Of a stretch of 64,000 nt of DNA, positions 14,206 through 29,387 are shown piece after piece (position 1 is the first letter of the stretch; the number at the start of each line of letters is the position of its first letter). Both the position numbers and the translations under genes were made by a program. Below the pieces are notes generated by a model. The model was not told where the DNA came from. It worked only from the letters and a program-made list of their open reading frames with translations, and did no database searches. Source of the DNA: Salpingoeca rosetta (Eukaryota > Protista > Choanoflagellata); contig JAWQFM010000013.1 in NCBI GenBank assembly GCA_033442325.1, positions 1,457,847 to 1,521,846 of the forward strand, in the 5' to 3' direction.

Positions 14206-15162
14206 ACGTGGAACTGCCCCTCGCCTCCCTCTCTCTCCCTCTCTGTCTCTGCTTTCAAAGCGTGCCTGCTTGCGCTTGCGTGCCTGCTTCCGGCAGCCTT
14301 CTCTAAGAGTGTGCGCACATGCACACGCACCTTCGCTTTCTCTCTTTGGGATTTCAGCCACGTGCGCATCCGGGTGTCTGCGTATCTGTGTATCTGTGTA
14401 TCCGTGTGCGTATGTGTTTTGTTGCACTTGTAGTGATGCTGCTTACTGCATGCATGTCCTCAAACGCAGTAAAACCACTGTTTGCAACCCCCCTCCCCCC
14501 ATCGTCGCCACCGCGCTCTCATGTTGTCAGCGGTTTTATGGTGCAACATGCACGCACGCAAGCAATGCACGCTGCTTGCAAGGTGCATCGAGACACCGCG
14601 ATGTGCCACAACCAAACAACCAGAGAAGAAAAAGGAAAGCAGATAAGTTATGTCATCACGTGTCACGTGAGCATAGGTTAAAATCTCGCACATCAACAAT
14701 ACACACACATACAGCAAATAGCGCGCGGCACAGGTGAAATCTAACAGCATGCGAAGGGAAGCTCTTCTGATCGAACACACACACACACACATCCATACAA
14801 CATCAGCGCATCAAAACACATCTTCTGTCTGGTCAAACAATACAATACAGCAAGTTCTCAAAGTCAGGCGCAAGGCACATGTGAATTGCTCAGTTCTCCG
14901 AGGCCTGGCTGTCGTCGTGATCAGTCGTCAGCAGCGACTGCGACGAATCAGCCTGGAGCACACACGCAAACACACACGCACACACACACACAGAGGCATA
15001 TGAATAACAACATCACATTCATCAGCCAATCTAGCAATTACACAAGGGCACATGCACACACACACACACACATACAAACAAACATCCAAACACACACATG
15101 CAACACACATTCATCAACATTCATACATACACAAACATCCAAACACACACACACACACAAAA

Positions 15163-17461
15163 TCAAAAGCCACGCTCACAACACACCTTCCGACGATGTG
15201 CACTGGTGCCTGAGGTGGTGCGGTGCTTGGTCCGATCGTGATGATGTCCACGACGGTGGACGTGACCAGATGATGAGCGAGCATACCCAGCGTGGTTCAT
15301 GGCATCACCGTCATCGACGTAATCGTCGTCGTCGTATTCGCCGTCGTCGTCATCGTCATCCTCGACATCATCGTCGTCGTCAGCACGGCGATGGTAGTCA
15401 GCGAGCTCGTACAGCGACGTTGGTGATCCCTGCACACCGCTGCCAGGGCCACCACGCATTTGACCCGTGGCTCCCCGTCGGTCGTCAACGTGGTCCGGTG
15501 TGCCATGCAACATCGACGATGGCGGTGGCGGCAGCGCAGCAAGGTCGGCTGCAATCTCCAGATCACGATCGTAGGCAAGCGTGGCTTCAACAGCAGACCC
15601 ACGCGTGCCCATGCGATTCAGCCCCTGTCGGAGGTACTCCTGCACCTCATCCTGCCCGCCTTCGTGCTGCGTGTGCCGAGCGCGGCTGCGGTGGCTGCGG
15701 TGGCTGCGGTGGGATGAGGCAACACTCTGCGCATCACCACCCCCGCTCCGTTGGCCAGAGGACGCCCCACCACTGCCGCTGCTGGCCTTCACGCGCCCTT
15801 CAAACCGCCGGCGCCGGCTGCTCCGCGCCACATCCGAGTCAGACGAGTTGCCGTCGCTGCCATCGTCATTGCTACTGCTGCTGTTACTGCTGCTACTGCT
15901 TGTGCTGTTGCGACGTGAGCGCACATGCTGGTCCGCGGCGCCATGCCCATCATTGTCGCCGTTGTCGGGGTGGCGGTGGCGACGACGCTGCGGCACGTTC
16001 GCACTTGTCACGGCGTGGGGTGTGCGCATGGGAGTGCGGCCCTTCGGCGTGGCGTAGCTCTGGATGGAATCCCGGTGCACGTGGTGCAACCGCTCTCTGT
16101 TCAGCTCAAGCAGCCCGCGCGAGCTGCGGTTATCGTCCGTGTCCGTGGCCCGGGTTGGATCGACCGACTGGCGAAGCCGTGGCACTTCGTCCTGCCACGC
16201 AGAGTCTGGGCGGTCAGAGACTCGCGACACGCGGTGAGATGACGGCGGACGCTGGGACGGTGGGGGCGGCAGATGCACGGATGGGTGCCCGTGGTATGCT
16301 GGTGAGCGCGAGCGTGCACGGGACCGCGAGCGCGAACGCTGGCGCATGCGAACATGTTCGTTCTCATCAGCACCGTCGGCGCCATCAACATCATCCAGCA
16401 AGGTTTGAACGTTCACCGCCGTTTGCGATGTCGGCGTGCGCACGCGCGATGGGGAGCGGCGTACCCCGCTGAACGGCCGTGCAGAGTGCGCTGGGCTCGG
16501 TGGCGGGCGGCTGTGCGGCGTCACGTCCCGTGTGGGCACTGCGCTGGCCACACGCGTGCCCTGGCGCTGCGACGCTCCGCTGCGAACTGACACGTGGTCA
16601 TCAGTCTCCCGGCGAATGTTGGAGCTAGAGCGCACGCGGCCAGAGCCGGTGCCCTGGTCGGGAAACGCCTCCACAATCTCCCGGCGGCGGCGGCGTGGCG
16701 TGCGCGTGGGCGTCGTGTTCGCCGTGGCACCATGCGCTGCTGCTTCTGCTGCTGACATTGTCGTCGGCTCGTGGGTGCTGACGGCGCGGCTTGCTGTCGC
16801 TGCTGTTGGTGCCCGGCTTCGGCTTCGGCTTCGGCTTCGACTCCGGCTCGCATGACGGCTGCGGCTGGCTTGGCGGCTCAGCCTGCTTCGCGGGCGGTGG
16901 CCGTGATGGTGGTGGTGGTGGTGGTGGTGATAGTGGTCAGCGGCAGAATCTGGATGCAGGCGGTCCGTCATGTCCACGACCTGGTCGCCCTCAGGCAGCG
17001 GCTGCGCTGCAAACTCCTCGTCCGCACGATGCGCATCGACAATGGTGGGTGGCCCAGCGACCACGGCATACTCGTTCTCCTCCACCTCAGCACTGCCAGC
17101 GACGCTGCCGTGTGTGGACGCCATGTGGCGACTGGCGACGGAGCGTGGTGAAGGCTGGTGCGAGCGCGGTTGCAGCGGGCTGTGCTGTGGTGCCTGCTGG
17201 TCAGCAGGATTGCTGGGCGGATACATTGCCACGGGCTGTTGCGTTGTCACTGGTGGGTGCGCAAGGTGTGATTGTGGCGACGTTAAGTTTGAGGCGCCAT
17301 GCCCGTGCTGCGGTGCCGGGGGATACATGCCCGTTGGTGCAAATGCACCGGCATTGTACTGCTGGTGCTGGTGTTGGTGCTGTGGTTGTGGAGCTGTTTG
17401 GTAATATTGCTGCGGCTGCTGTTGCTGTTGCTGATAGTGTTGCTGGTGTTGCTGCGGGTAG

Positions 17462-17505
<44 letters not shown>

Positions 17506-20500
17506 AGGGGCCGCAAATGCATGAGGTGGATGGTATGGCTGAGGTACAGCAATGTGACTGGGAGCATGACTGGGGGCATGGCTAGGGGCATGGCTAGGGG
17601 CATGGCTGTGAGCGTGGCTGGGGGCGTGGCTGTGAGCATGGCTGCGAGTGGACATGGGCGTCGTCGCTCCACCGCCGCGGCCCTGCGAAGGCATTGGACT
17701 CACGCCAGTGTCCCGGACACTTCGGGTGTGAGAGACATTGCCCCGTGCATCTTCACCGAGGGGATCACCCTCAACCGCCCCCGTCTGCAGGTCTTTGTCG
17801 TCAATCAGAAGCATCTGCTTGCTTGGTGTGGCGTGCGATGTGTGCTGATCGTGCTGGTGCGACGCACTTGGTCGGCGAGAGGTGGCAGCAGCCTCGCTCT
17901 CACCATGGCCATCCTTGTCACCGTCGCCATTGTGTGTGCTGGCGTTTGCATCGCTCTTGTTGTTGTCGCCTGCATCAGCAACGCTGCCACCTTCGCCGTG
18001 CACGTCCACCATCTTGGCGTCCTCAGGATCAAACTTCTCACACGAGAACGAGGCATGCGAGAAGTCAAACCCACACAGACAGCGGTGGTGGCACTTGCAC
18101 GTCGGGTGCTCGCACTTGCACTTGTGCCTACATCTGCAGTTGTGGTGCATCTTCCTGTGCATCTTCTTCTTCTTCTTCTTCTTCCTCTTCTCCTTCGCCT
18201 CAGCTTCGGCCTTGGCCTTGGCCTCTGCCTCCTCATCCGTTGTTGGTTCACCATCGTCAGAGGCCGTGCGAAGGCGGAGCGTCACGCCGTGACCGTTGCT
18301 CAAGTACACACGCTGCCGCTTGCGTCGTCGCTTCTCCTCGGCAAGCTTTGCCTCTTCCTCCTCCTTCTGCTTGCGCCTCTGAGCAGCAAGCCATGCTGCA
18401 TACTTGAGACGCTTGCAGCGCCAGCAGCGGTTGCGGTCACGCAACGTCTCCGCAAGCAGCATGCGGAAGCCACCATTCAACAGGAACCCACCCCGCGCAC
18501 TGCTCTCAGACTCCTCAGAATCATCACTGTCATCACTGTCATCACTGTCGCTGCTGCTGCTCTCACTGCCGCTTGACGAAGAAGACGAGGAGGAAGACGA
18601 CTCATCGTCATCGTCCTCCTCATGGCAGTCACACATGCAGCAGTGCTCAGTGTCGCTGCTATCCCCGCTGGAAGTGCTGCCAGAGGAGCCCGTGGAGCTG
18701 CTGTTGGCGCTCTCCGAATCACCATCGTCACCATCCGAGCGAAGTTCAGGAAAGTACAGCTTGAGAATGTCGTACAGCGTGGCGGGGCGCGCCTTGTCTG
18801 CGGCCTTGCGCTTCTGACGACGACGACGACGGCGGCGGCGGCGGCGCTTTTCCTTCGCACGCTCCTCTGCTGCAGCCGCCTCGCGTTCTTGCTGCTCTTT
18901 CTCCAGCGCGCGACGGTACGAGTCAAGCAGGTGGTGGATGCGTGACGCAAGATAGTCCTCAGCCTCGCGGTCTAGCGTGATCTGCGGTGGAAAGCGCCCG
19001 TCAAACTCAACGATGTCGCGCAGAGGAGTTTTTCGCCCAACAAACGGACAGCCGTCACCCGGTTTGCCGTCATCATCCGAGCCATCACCGTCGCCCTTGT
19101 CGTCTGTGGGCAAGGATTCCAGCACCCACTTCTTGTCGCCAATCTTCACCGTGAACAGCTCGGTGCCCTTCTGCACAGCCCGCGCTTCTTCCTCGCTGTC
19201 CTTCTTCTTGCTCTTCTTGGACTTCTTCTTGCTCTTCTTGGACTTCTTCTTGCCTCTTTTCTTCTTCTTGTCTCCCTCGTCGTTGTCATCGTCGTCATTG
19301 TTGTTGCTGTTCATGATGAGACGAAAAGCCATCTTGCCTCCACGAGCAGGTCCCAGCTTCACCAGCCGCAGCTTCCCGCGGTCATCAGCCGTCTGCGAGG
19401 GTGTGTACACGTACAGCGCTGGCGTGAGCTTCTCCTCGTCCAGCAGCACAACGGCCTGCTGTTTCTTCACGGGCGACTCAAAGATCTCCACATCTGCAAG
19501 TGGCGGCACGTAGTCGTCCTCGCTCACAAAGATGAGCTCGCGCGCTGATCCTGGTGGCAGCGGCTTGCCGTCTTCACCGGGCATGGGCATGGCAAACACC
19601 CGCCCCGGCGAGAAGCCAAGAAACCCCGCAGCATCGTCATCCCCATCGCCGCCTTGCTTCTTCTTGTCGCTCTTCTCATCATCCTTGTCCTTGTGCTTCT
19701 TGCTCTTCTTCTTGGGCTTCTTGCCCTTCTTCTTCTTCTTCTTATCATCCTCACCATCCACGACATCACAGATATTGCCGTTCTCGCCACAGATCATCTG
19801 AAACACCAGCCCATTCCGCAGTCTGCGTCGTTCCTCTTCTTCCTTCTTCTTCTGCTCGGCAGCCACGTGCTTTTTCGCCTTGCGCTCCTTCTCACGTCGC
19901 TTCTTCTCACGCTCCATGTGCAGCTGAAACAGCTCTTCAAACGTGCGGGGCTCCTTCTCCTTTCCCTTCTTCTTCTTCTTCTTCGCCTTTTCCTTCTCCT
20001 CCTTGTCCTTCTTCAGCGGCACAATGCGGATGTGCCCATCAGAGTCAATCTTCACTGTCACTTCATCTCCGCCGTCATCGTCATCGGCATCGCTGTCTGA
20101 ATCGCTACTGCTACTGCTGCTGTCGTCACTGTCATCGCCACCTTGGTGTCCGCACAAGACCATTAGCTGTTCTTCGAGCGTGAGTGGCTTGTCCTTGTCT
20201 CCATGCTTGGATGCGTTCTTGGCCTTCTTGTCCTTCTTCTTCTTCTTCTTTTTCTTTTTCTTCTTCTTGTCCTCCTTGGCATCCGCGCGTGACTCGTCCA
20301 CAATCTTGTATTCGTGTCCGTCGATGATGATGGAGGCGTTCCACTTGTCCGCGTCGTCATCCTCCTCCTCATCGTCATCCTTGTGCTTGTCCTTCTTCTT
20401 CTTCTTCTTCTTCTTCTTCGCCTTCTCTTTCTTCTTCTTCTCCCTCTCCGTCTTCTTCTTTTCCTCTTTTGCTGCCTTGAGCAAGTCTGCGCGGCTCATG

Positions 20501-22024
20501 AGCTCCAGCTTGCCGTTTCGCGTCGTAAACACAAACTCATTGGCCAGGCGGTCCTTCACAAACTCCTCCTCGTGCACCTGGTCGTAGCAGTTGCTGCAGA
20601 ACAGGTCGCTGCACACAGTCAAGTTGAAGTCGTCGAGCGTGGACGTATCGGCCTGCGACTCCGACGAATCGTCATCAGACTCATCCTTGTCCTTCTTCAA
20701 GTTGTCGAGGTAGAAGGAGACCAGCTTGCACGGGCCAGAGCACGCCGTGGAGGTGGTCGAGTTTGCATCGCCTTCGCTCTCGCTCATGCAGGACGAGTCA
20801 ATCGCCGCAAACACGAAGCGGCCCGTGTTGTCGTTGCGGTGGCACTTGGAGCACGATGCCTTCTCCCCGCGCCTCTGCAGTGAGCGGAACAGTGCCTGGC
20901 GCAGGAGCTGTGGCGACTCGCGCGGAGGGCTGGGCAGTTCTGCAGCCACAAGCCTGGCAAGCTCTTCCTCATGAAGTCGGCACGCCTCCTTGAACGCTGC
21001 CGCTTGCTGCTTCGCCGCTCGCTCGGCGCGCTTCTTGTCCTCCTTGCGCTTCTTCTTGTCCTTCTGCTTGTCCTTCTCATCGTCATCCTTGGCTTCAATC
21101 ACCTGCCGCACCAACGTGCCGGAGCGTGTGCGCCGAATCACGAGCTTCGGACGGCACTTTGCATCAGACCCTTCCTGTGCCTCCATCGATGCGTTGGACG
21201 AGTCTTCAGCATCATCATCGTCAACATCCGTCTCGTGCATGCGTGAGTCCATCAGGCGGTCAAAAACGGCAAACGGATCCTCAAAGTCGCGCAGCAAATC
21301 ACCAATGGTGTCCTTTGGCCGAATGCCTGCGGTCAATTGTTTGTGTGAGCGGGGCGTGTGAGTGTGTGATGTGATTGAGTGTGTGAGTGTGAGTGTGTGA
21401 GTGTGAGTGTGCGTTGGGAGTGTGTGAGTGTGAGTGTGTGAGTGTGAGTGTGCGTTGGGAGTGTGTGAGTGTGTGAGTGCGTGTGTGAGTGTGTAAGTGT
21501 GTAAGTGTGTGAGTGTGTGAGTGTGTGAGTGTGTGAGTGTGTGAGTGTGTGAATGCGTGAGTGCGTGAGTGCGTGAGAGAATGTGTGAGTGTGTGAGTGC
21601 GTGAGAGAGAATGTGTGAGTGTGTGAATGAGCCAGTCAGTCATGTGTGTGAGTGTGTGAGTGCGTGAGAGAGCATGTATGTGTGTGCAAAGTAGAGGCGG
21701 TGAAAGACACATGTGCCTGTGACGTACACTCGACTTGTGCACATCATGGTCAGTCGAGCATGCGATGAACACACTCTCCTAGAGATAGCTCTCCACACGT
21801 GAACATGGATATTTCCATAGAACCCTAACCTTGTCGCTTCTTGGTTTCCTTGTCGACCTTTTCTTTGCGTTTCTTGCGCTCTCGACGATCGAGTGCATGC
21901 AGCGCTTCGAGCTGCTCAGCAGACTGCAAACACGAAACATAATGGCAGCATGCGGAAGTGTTCAGTGTGCATGTGCGTTGTATTTGTCGCGAGGGTGTTG
22001 CATGTTGCGTGTTGCGTGGTGTGC

Positions 22025-22070
<46 letters not shown>

Positions 22071-25000
22071 TGTGTGTGTGGGTGTGTGTGCTTTGTGTGT
22101 GTGTGTGTGCTTTGTGTGTGTGTGTGTGTGTGCTTTGTGTGTGTGTGTGTGTGTATGATGGGATTGGCAATGTACGGGAATACGAGTGCACGTCAAGTCA
22201 GAAGAACACAGACTCACGATACGTTAGGACACACACGCGCGCATGAACAAAGAACTTGCGAGTTGCACCTTTGCAGTTTTGTCATTGGCCTTTGCCACTT
22301 CTTGTTCAAGGTGCTTCTGTCGCACAGCGGCTGCATCGAGCTCCTTCTTGGCTTTCTGTTGTTGTGCAAAATGTGAGTGAAAGATGAGAGTGAATCGGTG
22401 ACTTGTAGTCGAGGACACTGAAGACAGCTTTGCCGTTCAAGAACACTCAAGACAAGCTCTGCAGCTATCACGACTCGCAGAGTGCCACGCTTGATCACAC
22501 AAACACGCACACACGCACAGCCACATAAGGTCACACACTTGACACACATAAGGTCACACACCTGTGTTTCGGCCTCATGGGCCTGGTTTAAGCGGGCCTG
22601 CTCAGTCTTCGTCTCCTTGAGCTCCTTCTCAAGCTGTTGCCCGCATGCACACAACAACACGATATCCACGGCATCAGATACGAATCAACATCGACCCTTG
22701 CATGATGAGATGATGTACTCACATGCGTGTGTCAGCGAGCAAATTGAGTGCAGGGGAGGGGATGTCGTGTTGTGCAATCACACCTTGACGCGTTGATCCT
22801 CCTCACGGTGAAATTCCATGGAGCGACGCTCTCTCGCCTGCAGCAGAAACGAGCAATGACACGGCATATTGTGGGTGAGTATGCATTGGAAATGATACAG
22901 GAACAGGGAATGGCGTGCGTGCATGCGTGCATGCGTGCATGCGTGCATGCGTGCATGCATCCATCCGCACACATGTACACGTGTGCGCTTGCGTATGCAC
23001 ACAATTGTGTCGCTGCACGCCCATGCTCGCTATCAACGACAGCTCAGACAGCAGCGTGTTTCACACGGGTACAGTACAAGGCCTCACCTTGGACAATTTC
23101 TCGTTCTCGGCCTTGAGCTGCTCCACTTGCTTGGTGAGTTTCTCCACGTCTGCCCTGAGCGCTTTGTTCTCTGCTTCCAGGCTCTTCGTCCTCTCCTTCT
23201 CCGCGACCAGCTGCCCTTCCGTTGTGGCGAGCTGTAAGCACACGGTACGCACGGAGTGCACAAGAGACAAAAATAGGTTGTTAAAAGCAGGCGGGCGCAG
23301 GATGAGCCATATTGCGACATGCAACGTGACGCAAATGCAGTGCAGTGACGTCACACAAGCAAATATGAGGCGACAAAACTCGCACGCACATGTGATCGCA
23401 ACGCGCGCACACACACGCATGCACACGCGCATGCACACGCGCACACATGCGCACATACACGCATGCACACATGCACACGCACACGCATGCACACACATGC
23501 ACACTCAGGTACATACACCCCAAACACAGAGGTACACGCTCGTACCTTGTTCTCAAGTTGGCGGATGACTTTGCGCAAGTCGCCCTCCTTGGCCTGGCTG
23601 TTCTTGGCCACGTCGTTGTGCTGCTGTGACACCGCCTTCACATCATCGCGCAGGGTCTGAATGGTGTTGTCACGCTCCTCCAACGCACGGTTAGCGGCCT
23701 GGCAAAACCGAAGCGACAGTTTGATCAGGGGCAGAGGTGCGAGTGAGAATTGCAGCAGACAATGACAAAGGTTGTGCATGCCCGCCCAAAGAAAACAACA
23801 AAAACTTGTATGCAAATGCGCGGCGAGTATGCTTGACCGTTGCACATGTCATCAAGGCCAACAAACAACACAACATGTCCAACCATAGCACACAGCTTTG
23901 GTGAAGCAGAATGCACCGACGACGCAACGAAACAGATTGTGCGTGATTGCATGTCATGGATGCGTGTGTACATGCGATGTGTGTGCGTGAGTGCATGCGC
24001 GACTTACATCCAATGCTTCCTGGAGATGACGAGCTTTGTTCTGCTCGTGCTTGAGCATGCTGCTCAGTGTGTGGTTTTCACCCTCTGCAAGTATACAAAG
24101 TAAGTGGGAGGAGAGAAAGGCGTCAGCATGCACGCACGCAAACATGACAGTTTGAAGGTCACAACTGTATCTCAAAGAAATATTGAGGATGTGATAACAT
24201 GCGTTGCTGATGACGATACAAATTGTTCAGCTTCGTGCATTTGTACGCGTGCATGCGTGCATGCGTGCATGCATCCCACAGTAACTTACGCATGCGGTAG
24301 GTCTGCTGCTTCAGCATGCTGGCCTCCACTTCTTGCATGTTCCGGTCCGTCTGCATCGGTGGGGGAGGGGAAGGTGTGTTGGTTGGTTGGTGGTTTGTTT
24401 GCGCGTGCGAGTCAAGGATTTCGTGAGTATTTCGAACAACGGTGCTGGAATATGCAACCCTTGGCAGCGAAATAACCATTCGTGACACCATACAAATGAC
24501 GGAAACTCCACGTTACACACATGCACACATGCACACGTTGCACACGTTGCACACATGCACCCAAATAAACAGCAGCCACACAAACAAAGCAAGCACACAC
24601 ACACACACAAAGCACACGCGCATGTGCACACGAGGAAGCATGCAAACATCCACAATGTCACACGAGCCCACGCACATGTGCGCTCACCTTGAGGTCTTCA
24701 ATTTCGCCGCCTGTGGACGAGAGCTTCAGCTCAAGCGCCTGTTTGTCCCTCTTCATGAGCGCAAGCGCCATCTTCAGGTCGGCAATCTCAGACTTTGCCT
24801 TCTCCAGTGCAAGCGCCTCGTCGCTCATGTCCTTCTTGTGTTTGTTCTTGCTCTTGCTCTTGTGCTTGCCTGGTGAAAGCTCCACAGCCACCTGCTTCTT
24901 GGAGGGTGACTTGATCTTGCTGCTCTTGTGTTTGGACTTGGACGTGGGTGATCGCTCCGTCATGTTGCTGAGCGAGAGCACGATTGTGGGCGGCGTGCCA

Positions 25001-26096
25001 ACCGACGTGTTGTGCAGCTTGGCGTTGTGGTGGTGATGACGTGCCTTGTCCTGCTTGTCCTTCTTCTTGTGCTTCTTTGCCTTCTTCTTCAGTTCCTTCG
25101 CCAGAATGTTCTCGAGCTCCGTGTCGCGCTCTTCCTCCCGCTGCTCCTGCGCGTCCTGCGCTGTCAGGCGGCTCAACTGTGCAATTCAGGCAATGTGGTG
25201 AGGTGGCGACACATGTGTGTGCTTGTGTGTGAGCATTTTTGTGCTTGTGTGTGAGCATTTGTGTGCTTGTGTGTGATTGTGCTCGTGTATGTTTATGTGT
25301 GATTGTGTGCTCGTGTGTGTGTGCTCGTGTGTGTGTGTGTGTGCGTATGTAGTGCGAAGGCTTGTGATGTGAAAGCGCAAAACTGTGGTAACATGTGTTG
25401 CGAGTGCGGCGTTCCCCGTACCTCAAGCATCAGTTCCTTAATGGAGTCCTTTGGTTTCCCGGGATGTGTCCTGCAGTCAGCATTGGAATGCAAACGTGCA
25501 CGTCAGCAGCGGGGACAACAACAACAAGAAGTCACAAGCGACTCTCCAATAGCACATGCATTGGACACACGAACGAGGACAGGAGCAGAAGAATACAAGT
25601 GGATTGTCGGGACTCTGGGAATGCCGCTTGCTTGAGGTTCGTACCTGTCTTCGACTTGCATGGGCGTTGGGTCGTGCTGTAGGAGGGACTGCATGCTTGG
25701 GTCCTTGCGCCTGCTTGGTGTCTTGTATTCAGACTTTACCTGGACGTTGGGAGAAACCAGAGATAGTGCAGGTGTCATTGAGATTGTGCATGCTCAGTCA
25801 TAGCGACCAGTTGGCAAGCCCTTCTCTTGCTTCACACAAACTCACTCACTCACTCACGCACTCAGACACATACACAAACACACACTCACACACACACACA
25901 CACAAACACTTACTCACTCACTCACTCACTCACTCAGACACACACACTCACACACACACACACACTCACACTCACACACACACTCACACACTTCCTCACT
26001 CACACTTCCTCACTCAGACACACACTCACTCAGACACACGCACTCACACACCTTTGTCTGTTGCGGGCTGAGCAAGCTCCGCTCCGCGGTTGACAT
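15163..26096 (-). CDS. Very large hypothetical protein (about 2,600 aa): N-terminal coiled coil, Lys/acidic tracts, Cys/His clusters, disordered C-terminus
   Basis: A 2057-codon open frame at 15163-21336 has an acceptor giving exon start 21326 (phase 1), matching the phase-1 donor CAAG|GTTAGG at 21829. About 12 upstream coiled-coil exons lead back to ATG 26096 (MSTAERSLLSPQQTK). The join is inferred; this could be two genes. Confidence 0.7.
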
Positions 26097-26726
26097 GGCT
26101 GGTTGTCACTGCCTGGAATCCTCTCCCAAGCGCACGTGAACTAAGCATGTTGATGGTGCAACACAGAACATGGGGGAAGGAAGTGGTTTGAGCACAGTGA
26201 GAGGCTACAAGAACAACACCGTGCACATAACATGCACATAACATGCATATGTAGCACGAGGCAAGTGCATGTGTGTGCAGTGCGGATGATGCATGCCACT
26301 GCGTTCTATCCATTGTCCCCATGTGTGCCTCTCTGTGTGTCTCCTCCCTGAGCCACCCTCTTCTATCACATCTCCATTTCATTCGGGCAGATGCAGGAGG
26401 AGTCAACGCATCCTTATCATCATCAGCATCATCATCATCCATCGACCTTGTCGTCGCGGAGGAGGTGTGATGATGTGATGTAGGATGCGATGAAGTGCCG
26501 CTGGCTGTTGTTGTGGGTGGAAATGAGGGGCAACAGCAACAACAGCAACTTTTTTTTCGACTCGGCGGCGATTTGAAATTGGCGGTGCGAAAATTCATCT
26601 TTTACTGTGGCGACATCCCAAAGTTTTCACAACAGGGCAAACGAACAGCCCATTTCATCTACTAACACCACAAAATGCAGTGGAGAAAGCACGCTTGGCT
26701 GGCTGGGTGAATGCGAGCGCGCACAC

Positions 26727-26817
<91 letters not shown>

Positions 26818-26856
26818 CACGCACGCACACACACACACACACACACACTATCGGTG

Positions 26857-27120
26857 CTATGATGATGCGGGCTGCATGAGGCCCAACCATCCTCGGGTGC
26901 GAGACGTCGTGGAGTGCAACACCTGCGATGACAACAACAGCAGCAGCGGAGACGGGTGAGGAGATGAGAAGCAATTGCAACTAGACACAGATGCATTCGC
27001 GAGGATATGTACAGAAATGTGGGTGTTTCTGTTGGTGACGCGAACCTCTTCGTGCTCTTTTGGGGTGAACTGCAGTATCGTGGAAATGACCTTGGCCAAC
27101 TCCTACATGAGCACAAGTGA

Positions 27121-27161
<41 letters not shown>

Positions 27162-27890
27162 AGTGAGTGAGTGAATGTGCGTATGCGTGTGTGTGAGTGT
27201 GTGAGTGAGTGTGTTTGTGTGCAAGGAGTGGCTGCATCTGCGAGACAAAAAAAGTGTTGGGTGTTGGTTGGCATATGCACACACACGCGCATACGCATAC
27301 ATAACAAACACATACATAACACCACACACACACACACACCCAGCGCGTACCTCCTGGTGGGAGCCAAGCATGTATTGGTAAACGACGTTCTTGAGATACA
27401 GCAGTTGGTTATCGGTGTCGGACCTGTTGGAAGCAATGGAATCACACAGGAAAACGAAGAATGTGCGTGTGTGCGAGTGTGTGGGTGAGTGAGTGAGTGA
27501 GTGAGGGGTGGAGGTAAAGGGGGAGGTAAAGCCAGCATGCACGCACATAGCGACACACCCACGCACACCCACGCACACCCACGCGCACACACGCACACAC
27601 TGAATAGTGTCACGAATAGCACGCACTTTTGCTGTTGGAGGACAGCGAGTCGATCCTTGAGGTCTTGGATGTGCTGCTGCTGCTGCTGCGTGGATAAGTC
27701 ACTGCCAAGCGCAGTCTCGGGGCTGGCCTGCAGCGCAAGCTGATGCGTCTTCACATCCAGCTCGTGTTGCAGCTGTGTGATGTTGGTGCGATGGCAGGCA
27801 TAGAGTACATGAGCAAGCCTCACAAACAGGGACACAACCACATTCTCGCATAACAAGACGCACACACACACGCACACACACACACACACA

Positions 27891-27931
<41 letters not shown>

Positions 27932-29289
27932 GCATGCACGCATACGCATGCACGCACACACACGCATGCACACACACACGCACGCACACGCATGCACACA
28001 CACACACACCGCAGCGCAGGGCACCTGCTGGATTTCCTCGTCGCGGGCTGTTAGCGCATCATGGAGTTCGTCCACTTGCTGCTGTAGCTTTTGCAACGCG
28101 GCTTCCCGCTCTGTCGCCGCCTCTGTCAACTCAGCAATGTGTTGCTGCTGTTGTTCGACCTTCGCCTCGAGCGCCTGTGCTTGCTGCTCGTCGCGTTGCC
28201 TGTTCTCCTCATCATCATTCTCCTCGTCGTGTGCGGCTGCACTGACAACGAGATCAGCGACCATCGCCACAATGCGACGGGCGCGCGCCTGCAGCTGCAT
28301 CTCACTGCCGGCACCACTGCCATCACCATCTTCTTCATCGGCTTCCTCCTCCTCCTCGTCGTCGTCTTTGATGGCGAGATGTTGTTCAAGATCAGCAAGC
28401 AGCGATTCAAACGAACGCCGAACACTCGCAGCAGCGCCTTCCTCAGCTGCCGCCCGATCCTGTTGATTGGTTGTTTGGGATGGGTTGTTGGCCTTATGTG
28501 AGCAAGCGAGTGTGTGTGTGTGTGTGTGTGTACGTGTACTTTGTGTGATGGTGCGAGCAGCGTACGCAGTGTCAACGCAATATGTGTGTATGTGCAGGGC
28601 AGAACCCACAACACCAAAGGTGCATGTGCAACAGCACGTGCTATAACCTGCATGGCGAGCTTCAGCTGCTTGATCTCCGCCTCGTGATCATCACGTTCGC
28701 GTGTCAACGCTTCAACCCGCGCCTCCAGCTGTATCGTCGCACACATCCGCACAGTGCACGCACATGAAGTGAGCACGCCGACGCTCGTGCAACCATACAC
28801 GCACGCGCGCACACACACGCACGGACACACATGCACGCACACTGTTGCACTGACTGCTTGCCCCTCAACCTTCCCTCTCCCAACGTGCCCTCTCCCAAAT
28901 ACACACTCACACACGTGTATGTGTTCACCTTCTGTGCGCGGTCGTCTGTCTCCTGTGCAGCGTGCTGCTTGTCCTCGTGTGCCCTGTCCGCCTCCTCCTT
29001 CGCCACCTGCAGCTCAAGCTTCACCTCGGCCAGTGCCGCTCGCTCCTCTTCAAGTGCACGTGCAATCTCCTCCGCTTCCGCCGTCTTGTGCTCAAGCTCG
29101 CTGCGCACTGCTACCAGCTGCGTGTCTCTCTCCGCCATCTCAGCCTTGAGCCGCTCCACCAGCACTTCCGTGTCCTCCAGTGCTTGCTGCATCTCGCCCA
29201 TCTCCTCCTTCATCTCTGTTGTCGCTGCTGCTGATGACTCATCGCGCACCGCCAGCTGCGCCCGCACCGCATCCAGCTCCTGTGGCGGT

Positions 29290-29387
<98 letters not shown>

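Noticed and set aside
29290-29386. PolyHis tract in the ORF track (also the polyM/polyH tract at 37690-37830)
   Set aside because: These (ATC)n tracts lie in introns just before acceptors and are not coding.
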